From Eukaryota sp. TZLM1-RC (Eukaryota; Protista; Metamonada: BaSk clade): DNA of 64,000 bases. Positions 24,961-39,900 of this stretch are shown piece after piece. The stretch is taken from NCBI GenBank assembly GCA_040285825.1, contig JAUPSS010000014.1:1-64000 (forward strand), written 5' to 3'. The notes under the pieces are model-generated. The model had not been told where the DNA came from, did no database searches, and saw only the letters and a program-made list of their open reading frames with translations. Every line of letters starts with the position of its first letter. Position 1 is the first letter of the stretch. The position numbers were made by a program, and so were the translations under genes.

Positions 24961-27900
24961 ATTCAAATATATAGCAGAAGATCACTATGAGAAATCGTAA
25001 TCATGCAGTTGCTGTACTGATCAAGTAACACATAGCCAACATTACTCACACACAATTTCACACAAAGTTTGATCACAAGTTGGTCACATCTAGTACATAA
25101 GGACTACATACAACTCACCTAATCATACCAATGACCATTCAACCAATCATACCAATGACTACTCAAATGACCATAGCACAGACTTTAACACCACAATTGT
25201 TATATTAATTGTCCCAAAATGGACTTTAAAGATTTGACCAATGATTGTAATAAACAACCATTGGTCAATATACGAAACTAGGAACTTCATATGAGCCTCA
25301 GTAAATCGTATCAAAAACGATACTCTTACACTTACAGCAATTGTTTTATTAGTTTACAACATTCAATTGTATACTTTTTTTCATTTTTTTTTATTTTTTT
25401 ACAATTTAATGTTTAAAAATTAATAAACTCAATTAATTCAAATATATACAAAATCAATTGAAAATGTAATCATGAGTTTGTACTGATCAAGTAACACATA
25501 GCCAACATTACTCACACACAATTTCACACAAAGTTTGATCACAAGTTGGTCACATCTAGTACATAAGGACTACATACAACTCACCTAATCATACCAATGA
25601 CCATTCAACCAATCATACCAATGACTACTCAAATGACCATAGCACAGACTTTAACACCACAATTGTTATATTAATTGTCCCAAAATGGACTTTAAAGATT
25701 TGACCAATGATTGTAATAAACAACCATTGGTCAATATACGAAACTAGGAACTTCATATGAGCCTCAGTAAATCGTATCAAAAACGATACTCTTACACTTA
25801 CAGCAATTGTTTTATTAGTTTACAACATTCAATTGTATACTTTTTCATTTTTTATTTTTTTTACAATTTAATGTTTAAAAATTAATAAACTCAATTAATT
25901 CAAATATATACAAAATCAATTGAAAATGTAATCATGAGTTTGTACTGATCAAGTAACACATAGCCAACATTACTCACACACAATTTCACACAAAGTTTGA
26001 TCACAAGTTGGTCACATCTAGTACATAAGGACTACATACAACTCACCTAATCATACCAATGACCATTCAACCAATCATACCAATGACTACTCAAATGACC
26101 ATAGCACAGACTTTAACACCACAATTGTTATATTAATTGTCCCAAAATGGACTTTAAAGATTTGACCAATGATTGTAATAAACAACCATTGGTCAATATA
26201 CGAAACTAGGAACTTCATATGAGCCTCAGTAAATCGTATCAAAAACGATACTCTTACACTTACAGCAATTGTTTTATTAGTTTACAACATTCAATTGTAT
26301 ACTTTTTCATTTTTTTATTTTTTTTACAATTTAATGTTTAAAAATTAATAAACTCAATTAATTCAAATATATACAAAATCAATTGAAAATGTAATCATGA
26401 GTTTGTACTGATCAAGTAACACATAGCCAACATTACTCACACACAATTTCACACAAAGTTTGATCACAAGTTGGTCACATCTAGTACATAAGGACTACAT
26501 GCAACTCACCTAATCATACCAATGACCATTCAACCAATCATACCAATGACTACTCAAATGACCATAGCACAGACTTTAACACCACAATTGTTATATTAAT
26601 TGTCCCAAAATGGACTTTAAAGATTTGACCAATGATTGTAATAAACAACCATTGGTCAATATACGAAACTAGGAACTTCATATGAGCCTCAGTAAATCGT
26701 ATCAAAACGATACTCTTACACTTACAGCAATTGTTTTATTAGTTTACAACATTCAATTGTATACTTTTTCATTTTTTTATTTTTTTTACAATTTAATGTT
26801 TAAAAATTAATAAACTCAATTAATTCAAATATATACAAAATCAATTGAAAATGTAATCATGAGTTTGTACTGATCAAGTAACACATAGCCAACATTACTC
26901 ACACACAATTTCACACAAAGTTTGATCACAAGTTGGTCACATCTAGTACATAAGGACTACATACAACTCACCTAATCATACCAATGACCATTCAACCAAT
27001 CATACCAATGACTACTCAAATGACCATAGCACAGACTTTAACACCACAATTGTTATATTAATTGTCCCAAAATGGACTTTAAGATTTGACCAATGATTGT
27101 AATAAACAACCATTGGTCAATATACGAAACTAGGAACTTCATATGAGCCTCAGTAAATCGTATCAAAAACGATACTCTTACACTTACAGCAATTGTTTTA
27201 TTAGTTTACAACATTCAATTGTATACTTTTTTTCATTTTTTTATTTTTTTACAATTTAATGTTTAAAAATTAATAAACTCAATTAATTCAAATATATACA
27301 AAATCAATTGAAAATGTAATCATGAGTTTGTACTGATCAAGTAACACATAGCCAACATTACTCACACACAATTTCACACAAAGTTTGATCACAAGTTGGT
27401 CACATCTAGTACATAAGGACTACATACAACTCACCTAATCATACCAATGACCATTCAACCAATCATACCAATGACTACTCAAATGACCATAGCACAGACT
27501 TTAACACCACAATTGTTATATTAATTGTCCCAAAATGGACTTTAAAGATTTGACCAATGATTGTAATAAACAACCATTGGTCAATATACGAAACTAGGAA
27601 CTTCATATGAGCCTCAGTAAATCGTATCAAAAACGATACTCTTACACTTACAGCAATTGTTTTATTAGTTTACAACATTCAATTGTATACTTTTTTTCAT
27701 TTTTTTATTTTTTTACAATTTAATGTTTAAAAATTAATAAACTCAATTAATTCAAATATATACAAAATCAATTGAAAATGTAATCATGAGTTTGTACTGA
27801 TCAAGTAACACATAGCCAACATTACTCACACACAATTTCACACAAAGTTTGATCACAAGTTGGTCACATCTAGTACATAAGGACTACATGCAACTCACCT

Positions 27901-30900
27901 AATCATACCAATGACCATTCAACCAATCATACCAATGACTACTCAAATGACCATAGCACAGACTTTAACACCACAATTGTTATATTAATTGTCCCAAAAT
28001 GGACTTTAAAGATTTGACCAATGATTGTAATAAACAACCATTGGTCAATATACGAAACTAGGAACTTCATATGAGCCTCAGTAAATCGTATCAAAAACGA
28101 TACTCTTACACTTACAGCAATTGTTTTATTAGTTTACAACATTCAATTGTATACTTTTTTTCATTTTTTTATTTTTTTTACAATTTAATGTTTAAAAATT
28201 AATAAACTCAATTAATTCAAATATATACAAAATCAATTGAAAATGTAATCATGAGTTTGTACTGATCAAGTAACACATAGCCAACATTACTCACACACAA
28301 TTTCACACAAAGTTTGATCACAAGTTGGTCACATCTAGTACATAAGGACTACATGCAACTCACCTAATCATACCAATGACCATTCAACCAATCATACCAA
28401 TGACTACTCAAATGACCATAGCACAGACTTTAACACCACAATTGTTATATTAATTGTCCCAAAATGGACTTTAAGATTTGACCAATGATTGTAATAAACA
28501 ACCATTGGTCAATATACGAAACTAGGAACTTCATATGAGCCTCAGTAAATCGTATCAAAACGATACTCTTACACTTACAGCAATTGTTTTATTAGTTTAC
28601 AACATTCAATTGTATACTTTTTCATTTTTTTATTTTTTTTACAATTTAATGTTTAAAAATTAATAAACTCAATTAATTCAAATATATACAAAATCAATTG
28701 AAAATGTAATCATGAGTTTGTACTGATCAAGTAACACATAGCCAACATTACTCACACACAATTTCACACAAAGTTTGATCACAAGTTGGTCACATCTAGT
28801 ACATAAGGACTACATACAACTCACCTAATCATACCAATGACCATTCAACCAATCATACCAATGACTACTCAAATGACCATAGCACAGACTTTAACACCAC
28901 AATTGTTATATTAATTGTCCCAAAATGGACTTTAAGATTTGACCAATGATTGTAATAAACAACCATTGGTCAATATACGAAACTAGGAACTTCATATGAG
29001 CCTCAGTAAATCGTATCAAAACGATACTCTTACACTTACAGCAATTGTTTTATTAGTTTACAACATTCAATTGTATACTTTTTTTCATTTTTTTATTTTT
29101 TTTACAATTTAATGTTTAAAAATTAATAAACTCAATTAATTCAAATATATACAAAATCAATTGAAAATGTAATCATGAGTTTGTACTGATCAAGTAACAC
29201 ATAGCCAACATTACTCACACACAATTTCACACAAAGTTTGATCACAAGTTGGTCACATCTAGTACATAAGGACTACATGCAACTCACCTAATCATACCAA
29301 TGACCATTCAACCAATCATACCAATGACTACTCAAATGACCATAGCACAGACTTTAACACCACAATTGTTATATTAATTGTCCCAAAATGGACTTTAAAG
29401 ATTTGACCAATGATTGTAATAAACAACCATTGGTCAATATACGAAACTAGGAACTTCATATGAGCCTCAGTAAATCGTATCAAAAACGATACTCTTACAC
29501 TTACAGCAATTGTTTTATTAGTTTACAACATTCAATTGTATACTTTTTTTCATTTTTTTATTTTTTTTACAATTTAATGTTTTAAAAATTAATAAACTCA
29601 ATTAATTCAAATATATACAAAATCAATTGAAAATGTAATCATGAGTTTGTACTGATCAAGTAACACATAGCCAACATTACTCACACACAATTTCACACAA
29701 AGTTTGATCACAAGTTGGTCACATCTAGTACATAAAGGACTACATACAACTCACCTAATCATACCAATGACCATTCAACCAATCATACCAATGACTACTC
29801 AAATGACCATAGCACAGACTTTAACACCACAATTGTTATATTAATTGTCCCAAAATGGACTTTAAAGATTTGACCAATGATTGTAATAAACAACCATTGG
29901 TCAATATACGAAACTAGGAACTTCATATGAGCCTCAGTAAATCGTATCAAAAAAACGATACTCTTACACTTACAGCAATTGTTTTTATTAGTTTACAACA
30001 TTCAATTGTATACTTTTTCATTTTTTTATTTTTTTTACAATTTAATGTTTAAAAATTAATAAACTCAATTAATTCAAATATATACAAAATCAATTGAAAA
30101 TGTAATCATGAGTTTGTACTGATCAAGTAACACATAGCCAACATTACTCACACACAATTTCACACAAAGTTTGATCACAAGTTGGTCACATCTAGTACAT
30201 AAGGACTACATGCAACTCACCTAATCATACCAATGACCATTCAACCAATCATACCAATGACTACTCAAATGACCATAGCACAGACTTTAACACCACAATT
30301 GTTATATTAATTGTCCCAAAATGGACTTTAAAGATTTGACCAATGATTGTAATAAACAACCATTGGTCAATATACGAAACTAGGAACTTCATATGAGCCT
30401 CAGTAAATCGTATCAAAAAAACGATACTCTTACACTTACAGCAATTGTTTTTATTAGTTTACAACATTCAATTGTATACTTTTTTTCATTTTTTTATTTT
30501 TTTTACAATTTAATGTTTAAAAAAATTAATAAACTCAATTAATTCAAATATATACAAAATCAATTGAAAATGTAATCATGAGTTTGTACTGATCAAGTAA
30601 CACATAGCCAACATTACTCACACACAATTTCACACAAAGTTTGATCACAAGTTGGTCACATCTAGTACATAAGGACTACATACAACTCACCTAATCATAC
30701 CAATGACCATTCAACCAATCATACCAATGACTACTCAAATGACCATAGCACGGACTTTAACACCACAATTGTTATATTAATTGTCCCAAAATGGACTTTT
30801 AAAGATTTGACCAATGATTGTAATAAACAACCATTGGTCAATATACGAAAACTAGGAACTTCATATGAGCCTCAGTAAATCGTATCAAAAAAACGATACT

Positions 30901-33900
30901 CTTACACTTACAGCAATTGTTTTTATTAGTTTACAACATTCAATTGTATACTTTTTTTCATTTTTTTATTTTTTTACAATTTAATGTTTAAAAAAATTAA
31001 TAAACTCAATTAATTCAAATATATACAAAATCAATTGAAAATGTAATCATGAGTTTGTACTGATCAAGTAACACATAGCCAACATTACTCACACACAATT
31101 TCACACAAAGTTTGATCACAAGTTGGTCACATCTAGTACATAAGGACTACATACAACTCACCTAATCATACCAATGACCATTCAACCAATCATACCAATG
31201 ACTACTCAAATGACCATAGCACAGACCTTTAACACCACAATTGTTATATTAATTGTCCCAAAATGGACTTTAAAGATTTGACCAATGATTGTAATAAACA
31301 ACCATTGGTCAATATACGAAACTAGGAACTTCATATGAGCCTCAGTAAATCGTATCAAAAACGATACTCTTACACTTACAGCAATTGTTTTTATTAGTTT
31401 ACAACATTCAATTGTATACTTTTTTTCATTTTTTTATTTTTTTTACAATTTAATGTTTTAAAAAAATTAATAAACTCAATTAATTCAAATATATACAAAA
31501 TCATTTGAAAATGTAATCATGAGTTTGTACTGATCAAGTAACACATAGCCAACATTACTCACACACAATTTCACACAAAGTTTGATCACAAGTTGATCAC
31601 ATCTAGTACATAAAGGACTACATGCAACTCATCTAATCATACCAATGACCATTCAACCAATCATACCAATGACTACTCAAATGACCATAGCACGGACTTT
31701 AACACCACAATTGTTATATTAATTGTCCCAAAATGGACTTTAAAGATTTGACCAATGATTGTAATAAACAACCATTGGTCAATATACGAAAACTAGGAAC
31801 TTCATATGAGCCTCAGTAAATCGTATCAAAAACGATACTCTTACACTTACAGCAATTGTTTTTATTAGTTTTACAACATTCAATTGTATACTTTTTTCAT
31901 TTTTTTATTTTTTTACAATTTAATGTTTAAAAATTAATACACTCAATTAATTCAAATATATACAAAATCATTTGAAAATGTAATCATGAGTTTGTACTGA
32001 TCAAGTAACACATAGCCAACATTACTAACACACAATTTCACACAAAGTTTGATCACAAGTTGATCACATCTAGTACATAAGGACTACATGCAACTCATCT
32101 AATCATACCAATGACCATTCAACCAATCATACCAATGACTACTCAAATGACCATAGCACGGACTTTAACACCACAATTGTTATATTAATTGTCCCAAAAT
32201 GGACTTTAAAGATTTGACCAATGATTGTAATAAACAACCATTGGTCAATATACGAAAACTAGGAACTTCATATGAGCCTCAGTAAATCGTATCAAAAACG
32301 ATACTCTTACACTTACAGCAATTGTTTTATTAGTTTACAACATTCAATTGTATACTTTTTGATTTTTTTACTTTTTTTACAATTTAATGTTTAAAAAAAT
32401 TAATACACTCAATTAATTCAAATATATACAAAAATCATTTGAAAATGTAATCATGAGTTTGTACTGATCAAGTAACACATAGCCAACATTACTCACACAC
32501 AATTTCACACAAAGTTTGATCACAAGTTGATCACATCTAGTACATAAAGGACTACATGCAACTCATCTAATCATACCAATGACCATTCAACCAATCATAC
32601 CAATGACTACTCAAATGACCATAGCACGGACTTTAACACCACAATTGTTATATTAATTGTCCCAAAATGGACTTTAAAGATTTGACCAATGATTGTAATA
32701 AACAACCATTGGTCAATATACGAAACTAGGAACTTCATATGAGCCTCAGTAAATCGTATCAAAAAAACGATACTCTTACACTTACAGCAATTGTTTTATT
32801 AGTTTACAACATTCAATTGTATACTTTTTTTCATTTTTTTATTTTTTTACAATTTAATGTTTAAAAAAATTAATACACTCAATTAATTCAAATATATACA
32901 AAATCAATTCTTCGAAAAATGTAATCATGAGTTTGTACTGATCAAGTAACACATAGCCAACATTACTCACACACAATTTCACACAAAGTTTGATCACAAG
33001 TTGATCACATCTAGTACATAAAGGACTACATGCAACTCACCTAATCATACCAATGACCATTCAACCAATCATACCAATGACTACTCAAATGACCATAGCA
33101 CGGACTTTAACACCACAATTGTTATATTAATTGTCCCAAAATGGACTTTAAAGATTTGACCAATGATTGTAATAAACAACCATTGGTCAATATACGAAAC
33201 TAGGAACTTCATATGAGCCTCAGTAAATCGTATCAAAAACGATACTCTTACACTTACAGCAATTGTTTTTATTAGTTTTACAACATTCAATTGTATACTT
33301 TTTTTGATTTTTTTACTTTTTTTACAATTTAATGTTTAAAAAAATTAATAAACTCAATTAATTCAAATATATACAAAATCATTTGAAAATGTAATCATGA
33401 GTTTGTACTGATCAAGTAACACATAGCCAACATTACTCACACACAATTTCACACAAAGTTTGATCACAAGTTGATCACATCTAGTACATAAAGGACTACA
33501 TGCAACTCATCTAATCATACCAATGACCATTCAACCAATCATACCAATGACTACTCAAATGACCATAGCACGGACTTTAACACCACAATTGTTATATTAA
33601 TTGTCCCAAAATGGACTTTAAAGATTTGACCAATGATTGTAATAAACAACCATTGGTCAATATACGAAACTAGGAACTTCATATGAGCCTCAGTAAATCG
33701 TATCAAAAACGATACTCTTACACTTACAGCAATTGTTTTATTAGTTTACAACATTCAATTGTATACTTTTTTTGATTTTTTTACTTTTTTTACAATTTAA
33801 TGTTTAAAAAAATTCAATAAACTCAATTAATTCAAATATATACAAAATCATTTGAAAATGTAATCATGAGTTTGTACTGATCAAGTAACACATAGCCAAC

Positions 33901-36900
33901 ATTACTCACACACAATTTCACACAAAGTTTGATCACAAGTTGATCACATCTAGTACATAAAGGACTACATGCAACTCATCTAATCATACCAATGACCATT
34001 CAACCAATCATACCAATGACTACTCAAATGACCATAGCACGGACTTTAACACCACAATTGTTATATTAATTGTCCCAAAATGGACTTTAAAGATTTGACC
34101 AATGATTGTAATAAACAACCATTGGTCAATATACGAAACTAGGAACTTCATATGAGCCTCAGTAAATCGTATCAAAAAAACGATACTCTTACACTTACAG
34201 CAATTGTTTTATTAGTTTACAACATTCAATTGTATACTTTTTGATTTTTTTACTTTTTTTACAATTTAATGTTTAAAAAAATTAATACACTCAATTAATT
34301 CAAATATATACAAAATCATTTGAAAAATGTAATCATGAGTTTGTACTGATCAAGTAACACATAGCCAACATTACTCACACACAATTTCACACAAAGTTTG
34401 ATCACAAGTTGATCACATCTAGTACATAAAGACTACATGCAACTCATCTAATCATACCAATGACCATTCAACCAATCATACCAATGACTACTCAAATGAC
34501 CATAGCACGGACTTTAACACCACAATTGTTATATTAATTGTCCCAAAATGGACTTTAAAGATTTGACCAATGATTGTAATAAACAACCATTGGTCAATAT
34601 ACGAAAACTAGGAACTTCATATGAGCCTCAGTAAATCGTATCAAAAACGATACTCTTACACTTACAGCAATTGTTTTTATTAGTTTACAACATTCAATTG
34701 TATACTTTTTGATTTTTTTACTTTTTTTACAATTTAATGTTTAAAAAAATTAATACACTCAATTAATTCAAATATATACAAAATCATTTGAAAATGTAAT
34801 CATGAGTTTGTACTGATCAAGTAACACATAGCCAACATTACTCACACACAATTTCACACAAAGTTTGATCACAAGTTGATCACATCTAGTACATAAAGGA
34901 CTACATGCAACTCATCTAATCATACCAATGACCATTCAACCAATCATACCAATGACTACTCAAATGACCATAGCACGGACTTTAACACCACAATTGTTAT
35001 ATTAATTGTCCCAAAATGGACTTTAAAGATTTGACCAATGATTGTAATAAACAACCATTGGTCAATATACGAAACTAGGAACTTCATATGAGCCTCAGTA
35101 AATCGTATCAAAAACGATACTCTTACACTTACAGCAATTGTTTTATTAGTTTACAACATTCAATTGTATACTTTTTTGATTTTTTTACTTTTTTACAATT
35201 TAATGTTTAAAAATTAATACACTCAATTAATTCAAATATATACAAAAATCATTTGAAAATGTAATCATGAGTTTGTACTGATCAAGTAACACATAGCCAA
35301 CATTACTCACACACAATTTCACACAAAGTTTGATCACAAGTTGATCACATCTAGTACATAAAGACTACATGCAACTCATCTAATCATACCAATGACCATT
35401 CAACCAATCATACCAATGACTAATCAAATGACCATAGCACGGACTTTAACACCACAATTGTTATATTAATTGTCCCAAAATGGACTTTTAAAAGATTTGA
35501 CCAATGATTGTAATAAACAACCATTGGTCAATATACGAAACTAGGAACTTCATATGAGCCTCAGTAAATCGTATCAAAAACGATACTCTTACACTTACAG
35601 CAATTGTTTTATTAGTTTTACAACATTCAATTGTATACTTTTTGATTTTTTTACTTTTTTACAATTTAATGTTTAAAAAAATTAATACACTCAATTAATT
35701 CAAATATATACAAAAATCATTTGAAAATGTAATCATGAGTTTGTACTGATCAAGTAACACATAGCCAACATTACTAACACACAATTTCACACAAAGTTTG
35801 ATCACAAGTTGATCACATCTAGTACATAAAGACTACATGCAACTCATCTAATCATACCAATGACCATTCAACCAATCATACCAATGACTAATCAAATGAC
35901 CATAGCACGGACTTTAACACCACAATTGTTATATTAATTGTCCCAAAATGGACTTTAAAGATTTGACCAATGATTGTAATAAACAACCATTGGTCAATAT
36001 ACGAAACTAGGAACTTCATATGAGCCTCAGTAAATCGTATCAAAAACGATACTCTTACACTTACAGCAATTGTTTTATTAGTTTTACAACATTCAATTGT
36101 ATACTTTTTTTGATTTTTTACTTTTTTACAATTTAATGTTTAAAAAAATTAATACACTCAATTAATTCAAATATATACAAAATCATTTGAAAATGTAATC
36201 ATGAGTTTGTACTGATCAAGTAACACATAGCCAACATTACTCACACACAATTTCACACAAAGTTTGATCACAAGTTGATCACATCTAGTACATAAAGACT
36301 ACATGCAACTCATCTAATCATACCAATGACCATTCAACCAATCATACCAATGACTAATCAAATGACCATAGCACGGACTTTAACACCACAATTGTTATAT
36401 TAATTGTCCCAAAATGGACTTTTAAAGATTTGACCAATGATTGTAATAAACAACCATTGGTCAATATACGAAAACTAGGAACTTCATATGAGCCTCAGTA
36501 AATCGTATCAAAAACGATACTCTTACACTTACAGCAATTGTTTTTATTAGTTTACAACATTCAATTGTATACTTTTTTTGATTTTTTTACTTTTTTTACA
36601 ATTTAATGTTTTAAAAAAATTAATACACTCAATTAATTCAAATATATACAAAATCATTTGAAAATGTAATCATGAGTTTGTACTGATCAAGTAACACATA
36701 GCCAACATTACTCACACACAATTTCACACAAAGTTTGATCACAAGTTGATCACATCTAGTACATAAAGACTACATGCAACTCATCTAATCATACCAATGA
36801 CCATTCAACCAATCATACCAATGACCAATCAAATGACCATAGCACGGACTTTAACACCACAATTGTTATATTAATTGTCCCAAAATGGACTTTAAAGATT

Positions 36901-39900
36901 TGACCAATGATTGTAATAAACAACCATTGGTCAATATACGAAAACTAGGAACTTCATATGAGCCTCAGTAAATCGTATCAAAAAAACGATACTCTTACAC
37001 TTACAGCAATTGTTTTATTAGTTTACAACATTCAATTGTATACTTTTTTGATTTTTTTACTTTTTTTACAATTTAATGTTTAAAAATTAATACACTCAAT
37101 TAATTCAAATATATACAAAATCATTTGAAAATGTAATCATGAGTTTGTACTGATCAAGTAACACATAGCCAACATTACTAACACACAATTTCACACAAAG
37201 TTTGATCACAAGTTGATCACATCTAGTACATAAAGACTACATGCAACTCATCTAATCATACCAATGACCATTCAACCAATCATACCAATGACTAATCAAA
37301 TGACCATAGCACGGACTTTAACACCACAATTGTTATATTAATTGTCCCAAAATGGACTTTAAGATTTGACCAATGATTGTAATAAACAACCATTGGTCAA
37401 TATACGAAACTAGGAACTTCATATGAGCCTCAGTAAATCGTATCAAAAACGATACTCTTACACTTACAGCAATTGTTTTTATTAGTTTACAACATTCAAT
37501 TGTATACTTTTTTTGATTTTTTTACTTTTTTTACAATTTAATGTTTAAAAATTAATACACTCAATTAATTCAAATATATACAAAATCATTTGAAAATGTA
37601 ATCATGAGTTTGTACTGATCAAGTAACACATAGCCAACATTACTAACACACAATTTCACACAAAGTTTGATCACAAGTTGATCACATCTAGTACATAAAG
37701 ACTACATGCAACTCATCTAATCATACCAATGACCATTCAACCAATCATACCAATGACTAATCAAATGACCATAGCACGGACTTTAACACCACAATTGTTA
37801 TATTAATTGTCCCAAAATGGACTTTAAAGATTTGACCAATGATTGTAATAAACAACCATTGGTCAATATACGAAACTAGAACTTCATATGAGCTCTCAGT
37901 AAATCGTATCAAAAACGATACTCTTACACTTACAGCAATTGTTTTATTAGTTTACAACATTCAATTGTATACTTTTTGATTTTTTACTTTTTTACAATTT
38001 AATGTTTAAAAAAATTAATACACTCAATTAATTCAAATATATACAAAATCATTTGAAAATGTAATCATGAGTTTGTACTGATCAAGTAACACATAGCCAA
38101 CATTACTAACACACAATTTCACACAAAGTTTGATCACAAGTTGATCACATCTAGTACATAAAGACTACATGCAACTCATCTAATCATACCAATGACCATT
38201 CAACCAATCATACCAATGACTAATCAAATGACCATAGCACGGACTTTAACACCACAATTGTTATATTAATTGTCCCAAAATGGACTTTAAAGATTTGACC
38301 AATGATTGTAATAAACAACCATTGGTCAATATACGAAACTAGGAACTTCATATGAGCCTCAGTAAATCGTATCAAAAACGATACTCTTACACTTACAGCA
38401 ATTGTTTTATTAGTTTACAACATTCAATTGTATACTTTTTGATTTTTTTACTTTTTTTACAATTTAATGTTTAAAAATTAATACACTCAATTAATTCAAA
38501 TATATACAAAATCATTTGAAAATGTAATCATGAGTTTGTACTGATCAAGTAACACATAGCCAACATTACTAACACACAATTTCACACAAAGTTTGATCAC
38601 AAGTTGATCACATCTAGTACATAAAGACTACATGCAACTCATCTAATCATACCAATGACCATTCAACCAATCATACCAATGACTAATCAAATGACCATAG
38701 CACGGACTTTAACACCACAATTGTTATATTAATTGTCCCAAAATGGACTTTAAAGATTTGACCAATGATTGTAATAAACAACCATTGGTCAATATACGAA
38801 ACTAGGAACTTCATATGAGCCTCAGTAAATCGTATCAAAACGATACTCTTACACTTACAGCAATTGTTTTATTAGTTTACAACATTCAATTGTATACTTT
38901 TTGATTTTTTTACTTTTTTTACAATTTAATGTTTAAAAATTAATACACTCAATTAATTCAAATATATACAAAATCATTTGAAAATGTAATCATGAGTTTG
39001 TACTGATCAAGTAACACATAGCCAACATTACTAACACACAATTTCACACAAAGTTTGATCACAAGTTGATCACATCTAGTACATAAAGACTACATGCAAC
39101 TCATCTAATCATACCAATGACCATTCAACCAATCATACCAATGACTAATCAAATGACCATAGCACGGACTTTAACACCACAATTGTTATATTAATTGTCC
39201 CAAAATGGACTTTAGATTTGACCAATGATTGTAATAAACAACCATTGGTCAATATACGAAACTAGGAACTTCATATGAGCCTCAGTAAATCGTATCAAAA
39301 ACGATACTCTTACACTTACAGCAATTGTTTTATTAGTTTACAACATTCAATTGTATACTTTTTGATTTTTTACTTTTTTTACAATTTAATGTTTAAAAAT
39401 TAATACACTCAATTAATTCAAATATATACAAAAATCATTTGAAAATGTAATCATGAGTTTGTACTGATCAAGTAACACATAGCCAACATTACTAACACAC
39501 AATTTCACACAAAGTTTGATCACAAGTTGATCACATCTAGTACATAAAGACTACATGCAACTCATCTAATCATACCAATGACCATTCAACCAATCATACC
39601 AATGACTAATCAAATGACCATAGCACGGACTTTAACACCACAATTGTTATATTAATTGTCCCAAAATGGACTTTAGATTTGACCAATGATTGTAATAAAC
39701 AACCATTGGTCAATATACGAAACTAGGAACTTCATATGAGCCTCAGTAAATCGTATCAAAACGATACTCTTACACTTACAGCAATTGTTTTATTAGTTTA
39801 CAACATTCAATTGTATACTTTTTGATTTTTTTACTTTTTTTACAATTTAATGTTTAAAAATTAATACACTCAATTAATTCAAATATATACAAAATCATTT

